Made by a program: the position numbers and the translations under genes. From NCBI GenBank assembly GCA_951406725.2, contig OX597831.1, positions 5,642,001-5,706,000 of the forward strand: a stretch of DNA of 64,000 nt. The letters run 5' to 3'. How positions within the stretch are numbered: the first letter of the stretch is position 1; the number at the start of each line of letters is the position of its first letter. The notes below the pieces were generated by a model, which was not told the DNA's origin, did not search any database, and saw nothing but the letters and a program-made list of their open reading frames with translations. Shown here one piece after another: positions 54,360 to 64,000 of the stretch. The stretch comes from Octopus vulgaris (Eukaryota).

Positions 54360-55100
54360 CATCATCATCATTTAACATCCATTGTCCATGCTGGCATGAG
54401 TTGGGCAGTTTGACCAGGGCTGGCAAGCTGGAAGGCTTCACCAGACTCCAGTCTGATTTGACATGCTTTTCCACAGCTGGGTGCCCTTCCTAACGCCAAC
54501 CACTCCAAGAGTGTAATGGGTGCTTTTATGTGCCGTTTCTGTGACACCAGTGTGCCACCAGCACAGGTGCCAGTTTGTGTGCCATGGCTTCGATTTTGCT
54601 TGGCTTGATGGGTCTTCTTCTCAAGCACGACATAATGCCAAAGGTCTTGGTCATTGCCTCCGTGAGCCCCAACACCCGAAAGGAACTCAGCCACTTTGCT
54701 TCCATGAGGCCCAACACTCAAAAGGAACTCAGCCACTTTTCTTCCATGAGGCCCAACACTCAAAAGGAACTCAGCCACTTTTCTTCCATGAGGCCCAACA
54801 CTCAAAAGGAACTCAGCCACTTTTCTTCCATGAGGCCCAACACTCAAAAGGAACTCAGCCACTTTGCTTCCATGAGGCCCAACACTCAAAAGGAACTCAG
54901 CCACTTTGCTTCCATGAGGCCCAACACTTCAAAAGGAACTCAGCCACTTTTCTTCCATGAGGCCCAACACTCAAAAGGAACTTAGCCACTTTTCTTCCAT
55001 GAGGCCCAACACTCAAAAGGAACTCAGCCACTTTGCTTCCATGAGGCCCAACACTCAAAAGGAACTCAGCCACTTTTCTTCCATGAGGCCCAACACTCAA
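54360..55100 (-). mobile_element. RTE 3' copy whose 5' junction is amplified as a 42-bp minisatellite (about 10.4 copies, 54664-55100)
   Basis: Frame RVLGLTEAMTK matches the 18604 ORF; unit gaggcccaacactcaaaaggaactcagccacttttcttccat. Confidence 0.88.
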
Positions 55101-55185
55101 CGCTCAAAAAGAATATAAATATACAAATATAAAATTGAATAAATAGAGTCAAGAATGAGTACATTTAGACAGTTTTTTAATAAAC

Positions 55186-55287
55186 ACTACTCATGTTTCA
55201 ATACAACATAGATCCACGGATATACAGGATTTAAATTAAGCAACGGTTTACCTGTATAATGGGATCCAGCTGTATCTCTACAGGGGA
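55186..55287 (-). ncRNA. Decayed hammerhead-like motif with very long stem II
   Basis: CTGTAGA-GATACAGC..GGATCC..TATACAGG(loop)CCTGTATA..GGATCT..GTTGTATT-GAAA-CATGAGTA; stem I is poor. Confidence 0.45.
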
Positions 55288-55611
55288 TATGTAATCGGTG
55301 TCCCTGTTAGTAAATCTTTGACTTTGATACTAACACTAAACCTAGACTTGGAAGTATACCGTAGTACTACTGGGTATTTGGTAATTCTAAGAGTGAACAA
55401 GCTCTGCCTTGTACTATTATTTGTTCTTAACTAAATACACTTTATATACAAATATATACAAATAACTCTCAGAGTGGTTGACGTTAGGAAGGGCATCCAG
55501 CTGTAGAAACTCTGCCAGATCAGTCAAAATCATCCAACCCATGCTAGCATGGAAAGTGGACGTTAAACGATGGTGATGATGATATATATATATATACATA
55601 TATATATATAC

Positions 55612-55648
<37 letters not shown>

Positions 55649-56089
55649 GGCTTTGGAGTGGCTGTGTGGTAAGTAGCTTGCTAACCAACCACATGGTCCC
55701 AGGTTCAGTCCCACTGCGTGGCATCTTGGGCAAGTGTCTTCTGCTATAGCCTCGGGCCGACCAAAGCCTTGTGAGTGGATTTGGTAGACGGAAACTGAAA
55801 AGAAGCCCGTCGTATATATGTATATATATATATATATATGCATGTGTGTGTTTGTGTGTCTGTGTTTGTCCCCCTAGCATTGCTTGACAACCGATGCTAG
55901 TGTGTTTACGTCCCCGTCACTTAGCGGTTCGGCAAAAGAGACCGATAGAATAAGTACTGGGCTTACAAAAGAATAAGTCCCGGGGTCGAGTTGCTCGATT
56001 AAAGGCGGTGCTCCAGCATGGCCACAGTCAAATGACTGAAACAAGTAAAAGAGTAAAGAGTATATATATATATATATATATATATATGA

Positions 56090-56487
56090 CACAGGTGCCA
56101 GCCTCGTCTGGCACCTGTGTCGGTGGCACATAAAAACACCATCCGAGCGTGGCCGTCTGCCAGCCTCGTCTGGCACCTGTGTCGGTGGCACATAAAAACA
56201 CCATCCGAGCGTGGCCGTCTGCCAGCCTCGTCTGGCACCTGTGTCGGTGGCACATAAAAACACCAACCGAGCGTGGCCGTTCGCCAGCCTCGTCTGGCAC
56301 CTGTGTCGGTGGCACATAAAATCACCCACTACACTCTCGGAGTGGTTGGCGTTAGGAAGGGCATCCATCTGTAGAAACACTGCCAGATCTGACTGGCCTG
56401 GTGCAGCCTTCGGGCTCCCCAGACCCCAGTTGAACCGTCCAACCCATGCTAGCATGGAAAGCGGACGTTAAACGACGATGATGATGA
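56090..56487 (+). mobile_element. RTE 3' UTR copy with four near-identical 62-bp units
   Basis: ccagcctcgtctggcacctgtgtcggtggcacataaaa at 56098, 56160, 56222 and 56284. Confidence 0.9.
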
Positions 56488-56544
56488 TATATATATATTT
56501 ATATATGAAGGATGTAGTGCACACATGATTTTTCGGTACATATT

Positions 56545-56726
56545 ATTGCTACATATTTATGCAGTCTTTTAGCAATCCTACAGACAAACAGTGGATGACA
56601 TTGTTCCTTAAAAGGGGAACTTGAGTTTGGGATTGCTACATATTTAGGCATTGTTTTAGCAATCCTACAGACAAACAGTGGATGACATTGTTCCTTAATA
56701 GGGGAACTTGAGTTTGGGATTAGCTA
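56545..56726. repeat. ~86-bp direct tandem duplication
   Basis: ttttagcaatcctacagacaaacagtggatgacattgttcctt...gagtttgggatt occurs twice. Confidence 0.85.
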
Positions 56727-56881
56727 AAAATAATAATTTCTTTCATTCTAGTGCTTTATCAACATGACTTTACAATTTTACAATTATTTTATCATAGTTG
56801 GGTTTAACTACCCTTTCTAGCATGTAAGGAGTCCGGCTGTAGGTCTTCTCTTTGTGTTGTGTATATATCTATATGCACTCT

Positions 56882-56935
<54 letters not shown>

Positions 56936-56992
56936 TTTCATGAGCAGGCTGTTCTTGATCGATCAGAACCTCGTCGTCGTAACACGTTGCTT

Positions 56993-57028
<36 letters not shown>

Positions 57029-58331
57029 GAAGCTTATCCTGACTTTGGTGCCCTGTATCTCACTAAATTGGATACTGGAGTAGATTGTGGAACCTACAAC
57101 TTAACCCTAGGTTGGTTGTGTGCCTCCCCTTTTCACACACACACACACAAACTCTGGTTCATAGGATTAAATCTGCTGATTAAAATATACAAAAAACAAA
57201 TGTCTGGTGAACCAGGAGAGCCTATGTAATCAAACAACCTACTAGAAATAGGAGTCAAATCCTACTCATATTACACTACCGTCTCATAAAAAGAAGAACA
57301 CACGAGAAAATGTAACCGTAGACATGCTGCGTCTGAAAAACAGATGGGAATGAGATAACAGTTGGAATGCCTGACAACAAAGGTCTCCTTAATGAGGAGT
57401 GATCTGGGACTAAACAACAAACAAGTATCTGCAGTGGATTGAAAATCAAAACCTTTGATGTACAAGTTCAGCATGCTACCGCCTACCACCAAGCCAGATA
57501 ATTAACCGACAAGTATCTCGATTTCAAATACCATACAACATAAATTCTTGATTAATGAATATTATCTCTGCCCCTAGGTGATGGGTCTTAATCACCAAAT
57601 GGTAAGCTTCACTTGAGAAGGGGAGACAATCAAGAATTCTCCAAAACTGACATGACGTTAAGGAGAAGGACAGCTTTATTGCCTGGAGATAAGAGGACAG
57701 TTGTGGACACATGTTTCTGACTCAATAGCCATGAGCTAAGGGAAATAACCCAAAGTGGCCAGTGGCATGTAACTGAATAACAGATGAAAAGAGGTGGGTC
57801 AGTTAGCATGCAACATAAATTCTTCAGTTATAGAAATTGTTGCCACCTTTAAAATACAAGTTCAGTATGTAATCTCCTGCCCTTCTTGACCAGGTCAACG
57901 GCTGAAAATGGAAGGATTTCCCAGCAGTGACAAGTACAAACGCATCTAATTTCTCAGAAGTAGTCGTTTACTAACGAGTTAGCTTATAACATGTTGCCTT
58001 AACATAAATGATGATGATGTTGATGATACATTATTAGATGTGATTACATTGTGGTTGGTCACATCTCACTGACCACTGGAATAACATAGTGAGTGCGTGT
58101 GTGAAGGGAAGGCAAATATTTGTGAAAACAGGTGTGGAGAGGTGTGTGTGTGAAGACAGGTGTATATCCGTTTGTGTATGTGTGTGTGAAGACTACATGT
58201 GAGTGTGTAAATGTGTGTGCACAAGCATGTGTATAATGACAGGTGTGAGCAGGGAGGGATTAAGACTGGCGAATGTCAGATGGCGGGAGTGGAGAGGACA
58301 AGGATGTGTGTGTGTGTGTGTGAAGACAAGG

Positions 58332-58368
<37 letters not shown>

Positions 58369-59039
58369 CAGGTGAGTGAGTGGTGAAGATTGATGAATGT
58401 CAGGAAGCCGGGTGGGGAGGGAATGAAGACAGAATGTATGTATGTGTGTATAAAGGTGAGTGTGTGGAGAAGAATGGCAAGTGTCAGTATAGGACAGGGG
58501 TGTAGGTGAAGATAGATATGCGAGGGTGTGTATATGTGTATATATATATCTGTATATATATATATATATATAATGGGAGAGCCGTGTGCATGTGTGTAGA
58601 ATTAGGTCATCAACTACAAAAATGCATTAAAATTTTTTTTTTATAAAATGTAATCTTTTTTTTATTTTTGCTTTTAATTTTGTTTTGGTTTTTTTTCTCT
58701 TTTTCTTTTTTCTTTTCTTTCCACTGAAAGAAGCAGATGTGGGACTTTATCGAAGCACAATGCTTTAATGAACAATTGTCACAGCGAATAATTGCTTCCA
58801 TTCACCCCCACCCCGCCCTCTCTTTTCATGTTTCTTGTCATTCCCATTGTTGTTGTTATTATTGTTGTTGCTGTCGCTGTCAGCATTATCATTGTTATTG
58901 CTGCTATCAATATTGTCATCATTATTGTCTTCTCCACCTACAGCCAAACTACACAACAGACCTCTCTCTCTCTCTGCCATTGACCAAACGCAAAGATCTT
59001 CAGCCAATCTAAATACACTATACAGACACACAGACATCT

Positions 59040-59830
59040 TCATCATCATCATTTAATGTCTGCTTTCTATGCTGGCATGTGTTGGACAGTTTGACAGGAG
59101 TTGGCTAGACAGAAGACTACACCAGGCTTCAGTGACTGTTTTTTTTTCTTTTTCCATGGTTTTTTACAGCTGGATGCCCTTCCTAACACCAACCACCCTG
59201 CAGAGTTGACAGAGTGCTTTTTACATGCCACCACCACAGCTGAGGTCAGTTTTGGCATGGTTTTTACAGCTAAATGCCCTTCCAAATGCCAACCACTTTG
59301 TAGTGTGGACTGGATGCTTTTTACATGCTACCACCACAGTCGAGGTCAGTTTTGGCATGGTTTTTACAGCTAAATGCCCTTCCAAATGCCAACCACTTTG
59401 TAGTGTGGACTGGATGCTTTTTACATGCTACCACCACAGCTGAGGTTAGTTTTGGCATGGTCTTTACAGCTAAATGCCCTTCCAAATGCCAACCACTTTG
59501 TAGTGTGGACTGGATGCTTTTTACATGCTACCACCACAGCTGAGGTTAGTTTTGGCATGGTCTTTACAGCTAAATGCCCTTCCAAATGCCAACCACTTTG
59601 TAGTGTGGACTGGATGCTTTTTTACATGCTACCACCACAGTTGAGGTTAGTTTTGGCATGGTCTTTACAGCTAAATGCCCTTCCAAATGCCAACCACTTT
59701 GTAGTGTGGACTGGATGCTTTTTACATGCTACCACCACAGTCGAGGTCAGTTTTGGCATGGTCTTTACAGCTGGATGCCATTCCAAATGCCAACCACTTT
59801 ACAGTGTATCCTGGGTGCTTTTCATGTGGC
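59040..59830 (-). repeat. 100-bp tandem array (about 6.5 copies) within an RTE tail
   Basis: tttggcatgg at 59251, 59351, 59451, 59551, 59652 and 59753. Confidence 0.92.
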
Positions 59831-60331
59831 ACCAACACCAGTAGGGTCACCAAGTAACTTCCAAGCCCAAAAAATCTTTTGAGAGGAGAGGGGACATTGG
59901 AGGAGGTGATCTTTTACCAGAGCATGACAGAGAGACAGAAACAGGTATTTTGCTGTAGCGGAGGTACATTGTTACCTGACGAGAGAGAGAGAAAGAGTAA
60001 TCAAGAATGAAGATAGACCAAAGGCATGTTACTGTAGAGAAGATTCATGGTTACCCAGCCAGAGAGAAAAGCAAACCCAGCCAGAGGCAAGAGAAAGAGA
60101 TATATAATTAAGATGTGTCTCTTTTTTACTCTTTTTACTTGTTTCAGTCATTTGACTGCGGCCATGCTGGAGCACCGCCTTTAGTCAAGCAAATCGACCC
60201 CCGGGACATATTCTTTGTAAGCCCAGTACTTATTCTATCGGTCTCTTTTGCCGAACTGCTAAGTGACGGGGACGTAAACACACCAGCATCGGTTGTCAAG
60301 CAATGCTAGGGGGACAAACACAGACACACAA

Positions 60332-60370
<39 letters not shown>

Positions 60371-60543
60371 CATATATACGACAGGCTTCTTTCAGTTTCC
60401 GTCTACCAAATCCACTCACAAGGCATTGGTCGGCCTGGGGCTATAGCAGAAGACACTCGCCCAAGATGCCACGCAGTGGGACTGAACCCGGAACCATGTG
60501 GTTGGTTAGCAAGCTACTTACCACACAGACACTCCTGCGCCTA

Positions 60544-60589
<46 letters not shown>

Positions 60590-61150
60590 AATGTATGTAT
60601 GTATGTATGTATGTATGTATAGGATGAGAGAGATGTACATGGTGCGTGTGTGGTAACAGTAGTTACTGTCTCCTTGCTCTGATAATGCCTGATAGTTGTA
60701 GGCAAGTGTCCCCATCATAGTAGTGGTGTCCTTTGTTTCCAAACTTCCAAAACATTTCGGGTCATGGGGAAATATTCTTTACTTGCAGACAGGTGAGGAT
60801 TGGCAACAGGAAGGGCATCCAGCCATAAAAAAAATTCTACCATCATAAAACTAGGCATTAAATCTATGGAGATGATGATATATAAATGTCAGGCAATCCT
60901 GAAGTCCCTTCAGCATCTCAATGATCTATGAAATTCTTATTTTTATTTTATTATAATTTTGTTTTTATATATATATATATATATATATATTTTTTTATAT
61001 AGTTTCATCTGTAGGGAAAAGTGACTCTACAATATGGCACCCTGCGGCAAAGAGTCCTTTCCATGTTCAAGTGTGAAGGAATGTGATAAGAATAAATACA
61101 CACAGCAACACTTTTGATACCGTGTTTGCCATTTTGCAGTGAATAGCTTT

Positions 61151-61238
<88 letters not shown>

Positions 61239-61423
61239 ATGCATATGTATGTGTGTATCTATGTATAAATGAACAAAATATGAACAGGTAGTCGCAATGC
61301 ATCATAGCAATATATAACGCATTTATATAACATGCTAAGAGAAAACGAAGGCATATAAATAGAAAAATTATTTCTAATCTCTCAACAAGAGACATTCAGT
61401 AACAGTACTCTAAAGTAAAAACT

Positions 61424-61862
61424 GTTTGCCAACATAATGTGGCAGTCCCAGTTGGGATGAATGTTACTGTTATTTAGCCCCAGGAAACATCGTCTCCAGC
61501 TGGCTATACAACACACAATCTGCATCCTTATATTTTTGAACAGGGGAGATTAGCACCCCTACTCAGCACAGAGCAGTATCTGTGGATTGCGATTACTAGG
61601 TTATTTCCCTTCCTCAGCACAGAATATCTGCTTGGCTGAGATAGTGCTGCCAAATTCCCATTTGAAAATATCTATAATTTTCAAAGTGACACACAGTTAT
61701 TGATCTAATAGATAGAAAAATTATTATTTCTAAATCTCTCAATGAGAGACATTCAAAAATATAAGGACACAGATTGTGTAGCCAGCTGGAGACGATGTTT
61801 CCTGGAGCTAAATAACAGTAACATTCGTCCCAACTGGGACTACCACATTATGTTGGCAAATA
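61424..61862. repeat. Inverted repeat (~115-bp arms) plus a ~40-bp direct repeat (about 61360 and 61712)
   Basis: tttgccaacataatgtgg...ccttatatttttgaa / ttcaaaaatataagg...ccacattatgttggcaaa. Confidence 0.88.
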
Positions 61863-62285
61863 ATCTTTACTTCAAAGACATATAAGTATATATAAATATA
61901 TAGCAAGAAAGCAGGTAAAATCTGGAATGTGAAAGTTCATGATTCCCTACAGATGGACACACTCTAGGATGAGGTAGATATGAATCTGGAAAGTTATTGA
62001 TTTGTCTTCGATAGGTAAGTAAAATCCATAGTTTCACTGGTGAAATACTCATAAGTTTTTCGCCAGTAAATCAACACTTCTCAAATTCTTTTCTATCTCA
62101 TCTTGAAATGCACCTGTCTCCACAGAGTCATTATGAGCTTTCACCACCCAGAATCCAGATTTATCCCCAGGCTTCTTGCTATATATATATCAATTATAAT
62201 AAAAGGGTAAAATCAATAATTTTACCAGGTGGTCAGTGAAGAAATAAAAACCGCACAGGTAAATTTTACAAAATATTTTATAATT

Positions 62286-62445
62286 ATATACATAATTATA
62301 ACAAGGGATCAGCTTTATGCCTCACCAAGCACTACAACAAATAGACACTAAAGCCCACACTACCACCTTAATAGGGATTTTAGTGTCTATTTCTTGTAGT
62401 GCGTGGTGAGATGTAAAGCCAATCCCTTGTTATAATTATGTATAT
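62286..62445. repeat. Fold-back inverted repeat (~70-bp arms)
   Basis: atacataattataacaagggat...aatagacactaaa / tttagtgtctatt...atcccttgttataattatgtat. Confidence 0.88.
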
Positions 62446-62903
62446 TATATGGAGTGAATGAGATGGTTAGATAATTAAGTGTAAACAAAAGAAAAGAAGA
62501 AAAAAAAAACAGAATTAAGAGATGGGGAGGATCGAAAAATACGAAAAGGGAGAATAAATAGGGAGGGCTCGGCAGACAAACAGACAGACAAGCATACAGA
62601 CTGCCATTGTATAAGGTCCATTTGTCCATGTTAATGCTTGGAAAGGTCTGTTGTGGTCTTTACATTCTCCTCTCATCTACAAGTGACACGATCCTGTGAT
62701 TTGATCTCACTTCCCCAGTATTCGTCAGCTGATAGCCTTGAACACCAGATAGTCTTTCAGTTTCTGCGGCTCATCTATCACTAAACATTCCACAGATCAG
62801 TCTTAACTCATTTTTTTTTTCTCTACCCTCCTCTCCCATGACTTCCACCTCTCAGTAACATTACACGGCTTCACACTCAAATTCATGCAGTCTGCCTCGG
62901 AAA

Positions 62904-63102
62904 TCTCTCTCTATATAAACGGCAGTTTGTCTGTGTGTGTTTCTGTGTGTCTGTTTGCTTGTACCCTCACCCTGACCACGGCTTTCAACCGATTCTGATG
63001 AAACTTGACACACACATTGGCTATTTTTTGGCTATAACTCTCTAAAAATGCTTTATAGTTATTTCCCTTACAAACCTGAGCAACGCCGGGCGATACTGCT
63101 AG
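62904..63102 (+). mobile_element. Non-autonomous Helitron
   Basis: A|TC start; 3' ~70 bp shared with 11118-11420, including the hairpin and CTAG|T. Confidence 0.75.
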
Positions 63103-63289
63103 TAGAGAATACAATTGTTGCTGTGGTTGTTATTATTTAGCTCAAGATAAGCTTTGACTGAGCGGCCCTTACGATCAAAGGCATTCCAGGTCAGACCCAT
63201 CCTACCTTTTTGTCTATTTAGGAGTACTTCCTTAACTTTTGCACTTTTTCTTCATTTACTGGTGACAGCGTATTTTTCGACAAGTCAAC

Positions 63290-63975
63290 ATAGCCTATCA
63301 TGCAATCACAGCCTATAGTGTAATCATAGCCTATAGTGTAAACATAACCTATAGTATGATCATAGCCTATAGTGTGATCAGACCCTATAATGCAATCATA
63401 ACCTATAATGTGATCATAGCCTATAGTGTAATCACAGCCTATGGTGTAATCATAGCCTATAGTGTAATCACAGCCTATGGTGTAATCACAGCCTATGGTG
63501 TAATCACAGCCTATGGTGTAATCATAGCCTATAGTGTAATCACAGCATATGGTGTAATCATAGCCTATAGTGTAAACATAACCTATAGTATGATCATAGC
63601 CTATAGTGTGATCAGAGCCTATAATGCAATCATAACCTATAGTGTGATCATAGCCTATAGTGTGATCAGAGCCTATAATGCAATCATAACCTATAATGCA
63701 ATCATATCCTATAGTGTAATCATAGCCTATAGTGTAATCACAGCCTATGGTGTAATCATAGCCTATAGTGTAATCACAGCCTATGGTGTAATCATAGCCT
63801 ATAGTGTAATCATAGCCTATAGTGTAATCACAGGCTATGGTGTAATCATAGCCTATAGTGTGATCACAGCCTATAGTGTAATCATAGCCTATAGTATAAT
63901 CATGGCCTATAGTGCAATCATAGTCTATAGTGTAAATATAGCCTATAGTGTAATCATGGCCTATAGTGTAAACAT
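63290..63975. repeat. 18-bp minisatellite (about 38 copies)
   Basis: Unit gcctatagtgtaatcata; the 6-aa periodic ORFs on both strands follow from the 18-bp period. Confidence 0.95.
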
Positions 63976-64000
63976 GTAGTGTAAACATTCAAACATCATC

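Noticed and set aside
54368-54985. 14-aa repeat ORFs (GPHGRKVAEFLLSV)
   Set aside because: Translation of the 42-bp RTE-derived minisatellite.
58735-58810. Cluster of Sox/homeobox-like motifs (aacaattgt, ttaatg, taattg) as an enhancer
   Set aside because: Short motifs are expected by chance in AT-rich DNA; conservation cannot be tested here.
63218-63988. 256-aa and 207-aa periodic ORFs; array resembling CRISPR or a repeat protein
   Set aside because: An 18-bp minisatellite open on both strands; no unique spacers, no cas genes, eukaryotic context.

Overview
This is eukaryotic, AT-rich, extremely repeat-dense genomic DNA. The SINE/RTE repertoire and (TA)n/(CA)n/(AAT)n load suggest a cephalopod, probably Octopus; this is inferred from memory of the families, not from a search. 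I found no intact protein-coding gene. Almost all listed ORFs are microsatellite or SINE read-through; the real coding signals are decayed RTE-clade LINE fragments and Penelope-like (PLE) GIY-YIG fragments. The window also holds four tRNA-derived SINE families, two Helitrons, piggyBac-, Tc1/mariner- and hAT-type MITEs, and many minisatellites. The most notable signal is about a dozen type I hammerhead ribozyme (HHR) motifs in several unrelated, microsatellite-flanked, often fold-back repeats. They include a PLE terminus with a tRNA-like Pol III cassette upstream of its HHR, a U3-A8 core-covariant HHR in an inverted pair, and HHRs with long stem II extensions. All pairings were read by eye and coordinates may be off by a few bases.
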